NCBI GenBank assembly: GCA_964016885.1
Contig: OZ024741.1
Span: 195,238,001-195,302,000 of the forward strand
DNA length: 64,000 bases
Direction: 5' to 3'
Origin: Eledone cirrhosa
Taxonomy: Eukaryota
Shown: positions 41,384 through 53,240 of the stretch, piece after piece
Layout: each line of letters starts with the position of its first letter
Position numbering within the stretch: position 1 is the first letter of the stretch
Made by a program: the position numbers and the translations under genes
Notes under the pieces: model-generated
Databases searched by the model: none
What the model saw: only the letters and a program-made list of their open reading frames with translations
What the model was told of the DNA's origin: nothing

Positions 41384-43036
41384 GTGTCTTTACTGACCAC
41401 AAGGGCTGACATCTGACATATAGGGGATAGACATAGACAGTGAGTATTTAAAAAAAATTGTGTAAATAATATAAAACAATAACAAACAGTGAAATTATAA
41501 CAATACAAATTCCCCAATAGGGAAAGAACTACCCAGAGGTAACTCAGGAATCCAACCAATCCTGACCACCAGATGCTCCCGAGAGCAACTGGAGAGGGCA
41601 CTTTCTCTTCTCCAAATCAACCAGCCCACAGGCACGTGCTTAGACTAGGCCCATTCATACGAGCCATTCTTGCAAAATTCACCCACTTTTCAGCAAATGT
41701 ATTAGGGGCAGTACTTCCCTCTCTACCATCACCTTCCTTTCTAAGTGAAACTTGAAAAGGTAGATGAGGGATTGGCTGAAGAAGAAAGTGTCTGTTTTCA
41801 GTCATTTCAACCTCATCTCGAGATGGAGGCCTTTCCTAAACAGGACTGCCACCCCACCTCCTATTCCATGCCAAGTAAGAGATGCGAAGATCTGATAGAC
41901 GTCGAAAATGGAGGCGTGTCGGAAATCCTGATCTCGCTGACGGCAATCACATCCATATCTAGTGACCTGAGGTCGTTCAGAAGGTGACCCTGCTTCCAGG
42001 ATGACTCCAGACCTCGAACATTTAAACATCCTACTCGTAGTATGGCCATGTTGGTAGGCTAAAGGAGAGAGAGGAAAGGCTTACCTCCCGGAGACTTGTG
42101 GAGGTCAGGTGTTTCATGTGGGTTTTACATTCGGGTTACCACGTCCCGAGGAAAGCTCTCTCTAATCCCTCTGTAGGAATCCAGCGACATTCGTACCCGC
42201 AGTAAATCTTCTGGCACGCGAAATGTGCTCCTTCCAAATATCTTACCTCCATTTTCTATTTATTGCCTTCGTGCTATGAGGGCCATCAAATCCTTGTTAG
42301 CCCTTCCTACTAGCAGGATGTTTTGTATCTTTTGTTCGTGTTTGTTGTGATTGTTTGCGTTTAGGGGATTATAATAGTGGTGGTGATGGCATTGGGGTTG
42401 TGGACATGTTTGTTTTAAGTGTGGCGTCTGCGGTTTCAGTTGTTTGTGTGAGTGGGATGTTTGCGGTTTTCTTTTTTTTTCTTTTGCTTTCTTTGGTCAC
42501 ATTGTCGTTGGTGATGTTGTTAATGTTGGCGTTGTTATTATTCTCGTTGTTGTTGCTGCTGCTTTCACAGTTGCTCTTGTTGTTGGTGTTGTTGTCGTTG
42601 TCAGTGTTGTTCTTGGTGCAGTTGTTACTGTTGTCGTCGCTGTTGGTGTTGTTTTTTTACTTTCTTTGTTGCTTTTAGAACTGTTGAAGCTGTTGCTGCC
42701 ATTGCTCTCTTCACCTGTTTCGTTGTTGCTGTCGTTGTTCATGACGTTTGTGGTGGTGTTGCTAATTTCATTTGTTAATGTTGTGTTTGTCGTTTTTGTG
42801 TCCACATAATTGTGGTTGTGTCCTTCCTCTCAACATTTAAGTCGCTATCCTGAGACAGCAAACATAATGTTGGGGGAGGGGGTTTCGTTCATTATTACGG
42901 GGTTGCTTTTACACAAGACAAGGACGGATGTCTTATGACTCCTTTGTCACAAAAAATACAATTAATTCAATGCAAAATCCTGAAAATTAACCAACTCACT
43001 GAGCTCACAAAGATACGTCTTCACAGTGCGGCAACC
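41384..43036 (-). mobile_element. Internally deleted Tx1/L1-like non-LTR element (5' region + T/N-rich ORF1-like segment + start of APE domain fused to ORF2 C-terminus + 3' UTR)
   Basis: APE N-terminus MAILRVGCLNVRGL...DLRSLDMDVIAVSE (41861-42049) is joined near 41812 to the C-terminal FAEKWVNFARMARMNGPSLSTCL, which is homologous to 43930-44133. The 3' UTR is homologous to 43686-43930. The 5' boundary is inferred from the (AAT)n tract at 43037. Confidence 0.75.
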
Positions 43037-43050
43037 AATAATAATAATAA

Positions 43051-43237
43051 TAATTGTTTCTACTTATGGCACATGGCCAGCAATTACCCAGTGCATTACT
43101 GGTACTTTATTTTATCGACCCCGTACGGATGAAAGGCTAAGTTAACCTCGGCGGGATTTGAACTCAGACTATAAAGGGCCTTAACTCTTTGCTGCAAAGC
43201 ATGGCGTCCGACCCTCTACCGATACTGCCAATCCACC
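43051..43237 (-). mobile_element. tRNA-derived SINE (short subfamily) in an (AAT)n tract
   Basis: Near-full-length reverse-complement copy flanked on both sides by AATAATAAT runs. Confidence 0.92.
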
Positions 43238-43256
43238 AATAATAATAATAATAATA

Positions 43257-43641
43257 ACGAGGAAAAAAGATCATGCCTGATTGTGGATGTAGCCTGCCTA
43301 TTTGACACAAGAGTGCAATAAAATGAGAGGGAGAAAATTAACCGATACCAGGATTTAAAGTGGGAGTTAAAAAGGATTTGGAACTGCCATGAAATCAAGG
43401 TCGTCCCGATTGTCATAGACGCACTAGGTACTATCTCAAAGAGTTGGTTAAAGGATGGTTTCAAGGATGGTTAAAGAAGAGTAGACCAGCCCCGTTTTTT
43501 GGAACACTTTAAAAGGCATGCTTGCTGGGAACAGCAAGAGCCCTCCGATACGCCCTGAATATCTGAGGCTGCAGGTAGCGGCTTGATATTCATTTCAACA
43601 AACTTTCCAGTTAAATAACATCAATGACTGAGACTCAAAGA
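43257..43641 (+). mobile_element. 5'-truncated R4/Dong-like RLE LINE, 3' end
   Basis: Encodes the decayed RLE C-terminus (SCLIVDVAC...KVVPIVI.ALG). 3' UTR matches the element at 60276. (AAT)n on both sides. Confidence 0.9.
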
Positions 43642-43685
43642 ACAATAATAATAATAACAATAATAATAATAACAATAATAATAAT

Positions 43686-46600
43686 GCTTTCTTTATTAAC
43701 CACAAGGGTTAACACAAAGTATAACATTAAGAACAATACAGGAGAATACAAATGGGCATTTCTGCGTGTAAAAACAAAACAAAAACAGAGTGTGACAAAA
43801 GGAAACAATGAAAAATTCCCAATAGAAGTGAGACCTCCGAGGGTTGCTCGTGGAGAAAGCCCACAACAAAAGCCACGGTTACCCTGACCGCTAGGGCAAA
43901 TGCCCTTTTCCAGTTTTCCTCCTACAACGCTACAGGCACACACTCAGGGTAGACCCATTCACACAGGCAATTCTTGCCTCTCTCACCCACCTTTCAACAA
44001 ACTGGCTGGAAGTCAGCACTTCCCTCTCCACCCTGATTTTCTTTTTCATGTGAAACTTGAAAAAGTTAATGAGGGCGTCACCGAAGAGGAAAGTACCTGT
44101 CCTCAACCCTTTTAGACGTGGTCCACCATACAATCTCTTTTACCACGGCCACCAGGCAGATAAAAACTGCCTGCCCTTCCTGGCTAAAGGAAGGCGGCGG
44201 GGCAATCCTCACGATGGATACAGCTGATAGCCGGATCCGTTCTACACGTGACAGCTGGTGTTCGGCATAAACCTACAAGTCAGCAATGCTCGGACACTGG
44301 ACGAGTGCGTGTAGGACGGTTTCATCGCCCTGCACCTATCTCGGACAGGCCCGGCTGACAGCACTTCCATGCCTGTAGAGTTTTTTCCTGAACTGGTAAG
44401 GCTCCTCGGTAGCACTGCCATCCCAGGGATTTCTGGAAGTTATCCATAGGCCCCGGTTCGAAAGTTATCCCAAAGAGATTGGCTAGTTGGTTTTCGTCGA
44501 CGCCTAGAGTCTCCCCAAGGACGTATTTGCTCTTTCCCTCCACTAATTCTCTATAGACGCCAAGGTGGAGTATCCAGCGATTGTATTGCTCGACTGATCG
44601 AGGGATGTAAGCGCCTGAAGACATTCCAGTCCCCAAGCGCTACCTCTCGGTCTTCGCTTGACTCAGGACTGCAGCTCCGCCAAGGAGACAAGCTGGGGAA
44701 ACATGTGTCTAGCAAAGAGCGACCACACCTGATCACCGTCGAGGAAGAGGTGGAGATGTCGTAACCTGAGCGCATGTCTGCGCATCATCAGCCACAGCAT
44801 GCCCAGCCCTCCACGTAGCGGGTGTTGACAGCAGATGGACCGCCTGACCATCGGAGCTCGTCCCTTCCGCAAAAAGCGAAAGAGCAAACGCTACAGTGCA
44901 GTTAGGCGAGGCTTAGGACAAGGCACGACGGTCAGGCGGTATTAGATAACGGACGTGATGTACGCATTCGCCACCTTCACTCGAACTTTCAGGGATAGCT
45001 TCCTCTCGGCCCAGTTTTTGTCCGTCTGGAGGTCCGGACCGAACCAGACGCCTAGCAATTTAACCGGTCCGTCCGTCCCGCGCCCGACGACGCTGTTGGA
45101 CAGAATGGACCTGTCTCTCCAGGTGCCGAGCTGCAGGCTTACTGATTTTTCCTGGTTGATCATTGCTCCTGTCACTACCTCGTATTCTCTTAGTGTGGTG
45201 TCGATCGCCTCGATGTATTTGGCGTTCGACACCACTACGGTGATGTCGTCTGCATAAGCTGACACTGTTCTTCCGCATCCTAGTTCACGTGGGATCCCCC
45301 TCAACGTCTCCAGTTTTTACAGTAACGGCTCGAGAGTCAATACGTGCAACAAGGACGAGAGGGGTCATCCTTGGCGGATCGAGCGCATGATGTTGAACGG
45401 TTCCGAAAGGTGACCGTTCACTCTCATCACAGAGCAGATGTCGCTGTGCATGGCAGCGATTCAACCTCTGAAGACAGGCCCAAAGCCAGCTGCTCTTAGG
45501 ACTACTGCCAGATAACGACGGTCGACCCTATGGTAAGCTCTTGACTGATCTAAATTGATCAAAGACCCCCCCCCCCCATGCCAGGTTCCCTAGCTACCCT
45601 CTCTACGATGTGTCGCATGAGGTGGGGGTTGTTGTGGATGGATCTGTTTGGAATGGCGCATGTTTGCGCCTCTCCCACCAGACCACCAACGACAAGCACC
45701 AACTTCTTTGCTAGCACCTTAGCCAAATTCCTGAAGTCTGTGTTTATCAGAGTTTATGGGCCTGCAATTTTCTATGTTATCCCCCTTGTTCGGATCCTTT
45801 CTCAGCAGCGTCACCGCTCCTCAGCTCACAGAGCTGAGAATTCTCCCGTTCTGCTGCCAGTTGCAGTAGACGTCCACCAAGAAGTCTTCGAACAAGTCTG
45901 GCATATGTATGTAAAATTCGTAGGGCAGACCATCCAAACCAAGCGATTTACCCATTGTGCAGCTAGTCATTGTCTCCCGTACTTCAGCAGCTGGTATCGG
46001 CCTTTCGCAACACTCCGCCTCAGTGGCCGAGAGCCGGGGCAGTCCATCGAGGTAGGCACTGAAGTTCATTCCGCGATGCGGCCCGCCATTGCCCCCGAAC
46101 AGCTGAGCAAAGTGCTGCTGAAAAGCCGCACACATCTTCCCGGGATCGAGTATCATGCGCCCGTCGTGGTTTGCCAAAGACCGGATCGTGGCTTTTTTGC
46201 CACGACGCGCCTCCGCCACCCTGGCCCATTGAACGGCTTTCGTCCCCTCGTGTCTGAGAGCACGCACCCCAGCTCTGACAACGCAGCCTTCGTGCTTAGC
46301 GTTGAAAAATTGGTCGAGACCCAATTTCGCCGCAAGCACGTCGGTCGCGATGCCTTTACTAAGCGCCTCGTCTAATTTGCTAACTAGATTTCCTTCTGCT
46401 CTATTTTTCTCTGTTACTAACGCTTTACTAAACCCAATGGACTCTATTCTAATCGCTCTTTTCAGGGTAAACCCCCATTTGTTGTTGACGATGGCCCATG
46501 TCAACGCGCGCTTAACTAATTCGCTAATCCGGTCTCTGTAAGCTTTGCACGCTGTTAACGACGCGTTTAGATTCCAGTAGCCGAGTCCCTGTCTATGAAG

Positions 46601-47465
46601 CCTATCTAAGTCAACTACACAGATCAGGAATTTGTGGTCCGTGTAGCCGACTATCTTGAATTGTGGACAGCCTATGCTAGACCTATATATTTCCCTACAA
46701 AATACCCTATCTAGATATGATCTGGATGACCCGATGCGGTTTGTCCAAGTCCACATTGGCACATTCGGGAAATCCAATCAGTACCTGTCCGACAGTTAAA
46801 AACGTCTGCGCAGGTTTGTGAGGCTTTTACACCCTCCTCTCCTATCCGCTAATCCCACACAATCCCAGCGTGCATCTAAGATCCCGTTCCAGTCGCCCAC
46901 TAACTTTAAAGAGTGGGATGTTCCAAGAAAGGTCTCCAGACGCCGGAAGAATTCAGGCTGCCCTGCTCCTGTTGGGGCATAGACGGCCACTTGCCTGAAA
47001 GCTTGTCCTTCTTCGCTGGTCACGTCCAGTACCACCAACTTACTTCTGGGTCCATCTCGAGATCCAGACTTCTCTGGAACAACACGGCCACCCCCCTTCA
47101 GATCCGGGACGACTTGGAGATGTGTACACCTCGTAGCCGCCGAAAATGATGTGTGCGAATGCCCGTGCTTCGGAGATTATGGTCTCGCTGATGGCCACCA
47201 CATCTATGTTTAGCGACCTGAGATCGTTCAGGCCACGTTCATTTATGCTACCTATTCTGAGAGAATCCATGTTGGCTAGGAAAGGAGGAAAACAAGTGAG
47301 AGGGGAGAAGTACAAAAATTACCTGTGGCTCTTTTTTAGGAAGGGGGTGGATGATCCATCCCTCCGACCAGTGGCGGGTTTCTCCACGAGATTGTCCGTG
47401 AATATTCTCTTGGTGATGTTCCTTCGGTAGTCTCCAATTGATGTGGGGAACATTTTTTTAAATGT
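43686..47465 (-). mobile_element. Tx1/L1-clade non-LTR retrotransposon, 5'-truncated within ORF1, ORF2 pseudogenised
   Basis: APE motifs (SLRIGSIN.RGL, VAISET, LVGDWN, WTWTN...SYLDR, DH), GYWNLNASL linker, RT (GLDGLPYEFY, SAYADDIT), GGLG thumb and C-terminal CPR...ETVLHALVQC knuckle. 3' end AATAAAGAAAGC+(ATT)n. Multiple frameshifts and stops. Confidence 0.9.
43930..47270 (-). pseudogene. Fragmented ORF2 (apurinic endonuclease - reverse transcriptase - CCHC) of the Tx1-like LINE
   Basis: ORF-track pieces 47040-47315, 46796-47038, 45821-46777, 44942-45304, 44663-44887, 44551-44775, 44322-44636 and 43930-44133 are collinear fragments of one ORF2. Confidence 0.88.
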
Positions 47466-47478
47466 TAATAATAATAAT

Positions 47479-49259
47479 ATTCGATATGGTACCTCATTCT
47501 TGAATAACCAAAAACCTAGAGGTCTTCAAGGTGGCAGATAACATCAGACAGCTATTAAGTAAAAGTATGAAGTCCTGGGAAACAGAGTTAACATCAGGTG
47601 GAGAATCCTTGGGAGGCGTGAAGATCAAGAGAGGTATCTTCCAGGGAGATAGTTTGCCCCTTTTCGTTGTTTGTCCTTGCCCTGATTCCCCTGTCCACCA
47701 TATTGTGAAAAGTGAGAGCAGGATTCAAGATGGGAAGAGGAGAGCTTAGCATCAACCACCTCCTCTTCATGGATGATCTTAAACACTTTGGGAAGAGTGG
47801 GAAGGAGTTGAATGTACTTGTTGACACTGTCCGTATTTTCAGCAATGATATATGTATGGAATTTGGTGTTAATAAGTGTGGAGTCCTAGTGATGAAGAGG
47901 GGTAAATTGAGCAGAAGCAACGGAATCCAGGTACCAACAGGTAAGATGATAAAGGAAATTGACACTGAAGAGGGATACAAACATTTAGGTGTTCTGGAGG
48001 CAGATGACACCAAGAACAAAAAAATGAAGGAATTGATAAGATCTGAATACATAAGGAGAGTAAGGAACATACTAAAATCACATCTGAATAGTAGGAATGT
48101 CATAAGTGCAGTAAATTCCGAGCTGTGTCTATTATTAGGTACAGTGCAGGAATTCTGAAATGGAATGTTGCTGAACAAAAAGAAATGGATAGGAAGACTA
48201 GAAAGCTAATGTCTATCTACAACATGTTCCACAAGAAGAGTGATGTTGATAGACTCTACTTAAAGAGATATGAAGGTGGAAGAGGTCTTATTAGCATAGA
48301 GGACTGTGTTCAGATGGAGAAAAACAACCTACACAAATATGTGGCTGACAGTAGGGAGCCAATACTCAAAATTGTACTGAAGGAGAAGACAATAGACCAG
48401 GGGATGTCCAATGAGGAAGAGCAACCTTCATGAAAAATCCCTTCTTTAAGAAAACGGAATGTAGAGATCCACAGAAATGGAACTGGTTAAAAAGAGGAAA
48501 CCTTTAAAAATCTACAGAAGGAATGCTAATGGCTGCGCAAGAGCAAGCCACCAGGACGAAGTGAGTGAAACACCATATAGACAAGGAGGAGGCTAGCTCA
48601 CTGTGTAGGATCTGTGGAGAGAGAGAGAGAGAGAGAAGACTGTGGGTCACATTGTATCCGAGTGTAAACACCTAGCCCAGACTCACTATAAAGGCTGGAG
48701 ACATGATGTGATAGGCAGGGTGATCCACTGGCACCTATGTAAAGTAAACAATTGACCACATTCTGAGAAGTGGTATGAGCATATGCCAGAGTCGGTGATA
48801 GAAAACGATCAGGTGAAGGTGCTGTGGGATTTTAGGATACAGACGGACAAGAAACTGGAACACAATAGACCTGACCTGGTGGTTTTGGACAAAGAAAAAG
48901 GATCGTGCCTGATTGTAGATGTAGCCTACCCATTTGACACGAGAGTGCAAGAAAATGAGAGGGAGAAAATTAACCAATACCAGGATTTAAAGTGGGAGTT
49001 AAAAAGGATTTGGAACTGCCATGAAATCAAGGTCGTCCCGATTGTCATAGGCGCACTAGGTACTCTCTCAAAGAGTTTCCAAGGATGGTTAAAGAAGATT
49101 TGTCCAGCCCCACTTTTTGGAACACTTCAAAAGGCATGGTTGCTGAGAACGGTAAAAACCCTCCGATACGTCCTGAATATCTGAGGCTGCAGGTAGTGGC
49201 TTGATATTCATTTCAACAAACTTTCCAGTTAAATAACATCAATGACTGCGTCTCAAAGA
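47479..49259 (+). mobile_element. 5'-truncated R4/Dong-like RLE LINE (RT C-half, CCHC, RLE), pseudogenised
   Basis: GIFQGDSL, NHLLFMDDLK, GGRGL, CRICG...HIVSEC and RPDLVVLD...VDVAYP motifs. Homologous to 60276-62075. (AAT)n on both sides. Confidence 0.93.
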
Positions 49260-49291
49260 ACAATAATAATAATAATAATAACAATAAGAAT

Positions 49292-49647
49292 GATTTCTTT
49301 ATTGGCCACAAGGGCTAATATGAAGAAAAACATTACAGACAGCACAGGACGATACAAAGTGGGTTTTGGCCGTGTAAAAAGGTTATAAAAGACAGAAACG
49401 TGTAAAATAAATTAAAATTCAAACAACAAAAATTCCCCAATAAGGGGGAAACCTCCGAGGGTCACTCATGGCGAAAACCACACAGGAGACCACGGCCACC
49501 CTGGCCACCAGGGCAAGCGCCCTCTCTCAGTTTTCCCACTTCTCAGTCTACAGGCGCATACTCAGATTTCACTCGGACCAGATTCGCCACTTTCACCCAC
49601 CTTTCAACAAACTTACTAGAAGACAGCACTTGCCTTTCCACCCTGAT
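49292..49647 (-). mobile_element. 3'-end fragment of the Tx1-like LINE
   Basis: Homologous to 43686-44040 (CTTTATTGGCCACAAGGG, ACCTCCGAGGG, CACCCACCTTTCAACAAACT). Confidence 0.85.
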
Positions 49648-49657
49648 TAATAATAAT

Positions 49658-49841
49658 TGTTTCTACTTTTGGCACAAGGCCAGCAATTACCCAGTACATT
49701 ACTGGTACTTTATTTTATCGACCCCGTAAGGATGAAAGGCAAAGTTAACCTCGGCGGGATTTGAACTCAGACCGTAAAGGGACGTAACTATGCTAGAAAG
49801 CATGGCGTCCAACTCTCTACCGATACTGCCAATCCACCGCC
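49658..49841 (-). mobile_element. tRNA-derived SINE (short subfamily, full length)
   Basis: Starts GGCGGTGGATTGGCAGTATCGG on the - strand and ends GTAGAAACA+(ATT)n. Confidence 0.93.
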
Positions 49842-49911
49842 CTTCGGACCAGATTCGCCACTTTCACCCACCTTTCAACAAACTTGCCTTTCCACCCTGA
49901 TTAATAATAAT

Positions 49912-50150
49912 GATTTCTACTATAGGCACAAGGCCAGCAATTTTGAGGGATGGGAAAGTCGATTAAATCGACCCCAGTGCTTTACTGGTGCTTTATTTTA
50001 TCGACCCCAGTTCATTATTGGTGATTTATTTTATCGACCCCGTAAGGTAAAGCTAACAGCAGCAGGATTTGAACTCAGAACGTAATGAACGGTAACTCTA
50101 TGCGGCAAGCATATTGTCCGACTCTGTACCGATACTGCCCATCTGCTGCC
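49912..50150 (-). mobile_element. tRNA-derived SINE (long subfamily, diverged, with an internal 33-bp duplication)
   Basis: Homologous to 41151-41371. ATCGACCCC recurs at 49967, 50000 and 50033. Confidence 0.88.
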
Positions 50151-50171
50151 CTAACAAAAATAATAATAAAA

Positions 50172-50621
50172 AGAAAACGATCAAGTGAAGGTGCTATGGG
50201 ATTTCAGGATACAGACAAACAAGAAATTAGAACACAACAGGCCTGACTTGATGGTTTTGGACAAGGAAAAAAGATCGCGCCTGATTGTAGATGTAGCCTG
50301 CCCATTTGACATAAGAGTGCAAGAAAAGGAGAGGGAGAAAATTAACCGATACCAGGATTTATAGTGGGAGTTGAAAAGGACTTAGGACTGTCATGAGATC
50401 AAGGTCGTCTCGGCACTAGGTACTATCTCAAGGAGTTTCCAAGAATGGTTAAAGAACATTAGTCCAGCCCCGTTTTTTTGGAACACTTCAAAAGACATGC
50501 TTGCTGGGAACAGCAAAAAACCCTCCGATACATCCTGAATATCTGAAGCTGCAGGTAACGGCTTGATGTTCGTTTGAACACACTTTCCAGTTAAATAACA
50601 TTAATGACTGAGGCTCCAAGA
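50172..50621 (+). mobile_element. 5'-truncated R4/Dong-like RLE LINE, 3' end
   Basis: VKVLWDFRIQT.KKLEHNRPDLMVLD... plus the shared 3' UTR. AAT-like repeats on both sides. Confidence 0.9.
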
Positions 50622-50960
50622 ATAACAATAATAGTAACAATAATGATAAGAACAACTATTTCCCAAAAGAAATCTTTAATGCAAGTGGATTGATGTCAGA
50701 TGAGATATTATAGAAAAAATATAATAATCCTCTCTTCTCTTCTAACCACCAACCACAAGCTCCCCCCCCCCTACATTCCCTCAACTGCACACTGAATCCC
50801 ATCACCAGTACCACTAACTTTGTCATGATTATTTTCCAGAGTGTCTCCCGCTGAAATATTCACCAGAGAATTTCATGACGGAAAATCATTTATACGTTGA
50901 AATATTTACAAACTGTAATATATAAATAAATGCATATGCATATATATACATAATATATAC

Positions 50961-51071
<111 letters not shown>

Positions 51072-51417
51072 ATATGTATTATTGCATAATACTTAAGCTG
51101 CACATAATTTACTTTGGCATTTATTTATCTATAATCCTTCAATCCAAACAGCTATGTATCTGTCTCCCTGTATGTATTTCTGTACACACATACACATAAT
51201 CATGCATGCGCGCACACATACATATACATAATGAATATACATATATGTTTACAACAACATATATGTATATATATAACCACACACGCGCACGCACACACGC
51301 ACACACATTCACAAATATATATATATATATTAACTATTTTTCCCATTTTGATGCTATAGTCACTTATATATTATGGAATACTGTTGGCTTTTTGCTACAA
51401 TATTTTCTATACCTTTC

Positions 51418-51420
<3 letters not shown>

Positions 51421-51474
<54 letters not shown>
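51421..51474 (+). repeat. (TA)n microsatellite
   Basis: Directly visible. Confidence 0.97.
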
Positions 51475-51479
<5 letters not shown>

Positions 51480-53240
51480 CATTAAATAATTGAGATTTCC
51501 CCTACTGTTTAGTCCGAGTTTCGCGTTGCCACTTATTCAAAACTAAATTACACCTTGATATAGTCATATTCATAAAAACCTCATCAAAGCGAAGCCAATA
51601 AATATTAAGATTATTACATCGAAATATAAATGAATATAATATAACAGTGAACGTTTCGGTCCTTTTACTGTTATTGTTCTCATTAACTCTATCATGAATT
51701 GACTAGCTTTTTCTCAGGTATTGTTGTCACTTTCCTCTATCTATGTACCCTGCACCACATTCAAACCTACCACTATTCTACACGAACTCCATCTATCTCA
51801 AAATCAGCGTTTTCTCTTTTCTCCACACTGCGTCCAGTGGTCCAGTAACGAGTTCTGGATCTGAAAGGATATTGGGCAGTCATTGCGTTGAATTAAACAG
51901 TGTGCCTTCTCCCATGACACTCAACAAACATCAAACAACCAGGGTTGTGTCATGAACTATGGTCCTTAGACCGCCTGCACCAGGTGAGTATATTGCCCTG
52001 AATAAGTTTGTCAGTTTTCCACCGCATATGGAACCGCTTCAACTTTCACAGGCATTTCTAACACCTCAAAATCCCCAGTGCCGAACTGTCATCCCTTCGT
52101 AGCTTCCAACGCTTGTATATCCCCATCATCAAACCTAACGAGAATGGACTCCAACAATGCGAAGCTGTTCTCGACTACTTTGAGGCATAAATCCTCTTGC
52201 AATCCCCCGGTCCCACCAAGGGGCCATGCGTATGCCATATAGACGACTGTATGGGCGCCACTTCCTTCTCCCGCAAATAACTAAACTCCTTTCTCTCTTT
52301 TGTCCGTTCTTTTCACTCCGTTCTAGGATTTACCTTCTTTATTTCGGATACCTTCGCCAACCTTTCCAACAACCCTGTCACTCCAGAACACCTCTCTCTC
52401 ACCTATTTTTTTACAAACCCATTAACTCTCATTTCTAGCTCAACTTTTCCTGCTCCTACACCAAACAATACCAAACAGTCCGCTTCTGCCGTCTCTGTAG
52501 CCACGACTATGATTTCATGAAACAAACTTAACCTTTTGTCAGATACTTCATTTGACGCAGAGACCCTCTTTCTCGCTAATCCAGACCTCACCCACGCAGG
52601 TAATGTTGATTGCACATTCTCTCTCTCTCTCTCTCGTTTTAATAACGTTCATATACACACACTCAGAACAATATCAACAGAAACAGCATACTTACACGCA
52701 CACCCCTACCATTCAATAAAATGTAATCAAAGCCGACGAAAAAAATCTCATACATCACAACGTATACATTAACACCACAAGACCTACATTGACACACACA
52801 CCTTCGTGCACACATTTATACACACAAACTTGTTAACCTCTTACACTCACTTCCATTCATTTTTCAATATGATGTAATATATGGAATGGGTTACATCATA
52901 TTGAAAATATGATGTTCCAGCTGTTCGAAATTGAAATTAACATGTAAATGGCTGAGCTCACCACAAAGTGTACCATTAACGTGATTCTCGTGGAGATACA
53001 GTATGACAATAAACGAAAACAAGGCAAAACGGAAAACATCTTTTTATGTTTTTTTTTAAATAAAAATACTAACAAACGACTTGGAGCTCCAGGGTCATCG
53101 ACCGTTGAGGTAGACTTTGGCGGTTTCGGCCCCTACCAACGGTACTGCTAGTACACCCACGGTCACAACGTCTAACACAAGCTAAACGCTGTCCAGTGGA
53201 GTAAGAGACGAAATACAAAACATTAATTTATAGCAATAAA

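Noticed and set aside
45578-46541. 265-aa and other + strand ORFs
   Set aside because: Antisense shadows of the GC-richer Tx1-like ORF2.
51838-51989. Possible exon ending at a perfect CAG|GTGAGT donor
   Set aside because: All three frames between the nearest plausible acceptor and the donor contain stop codons.
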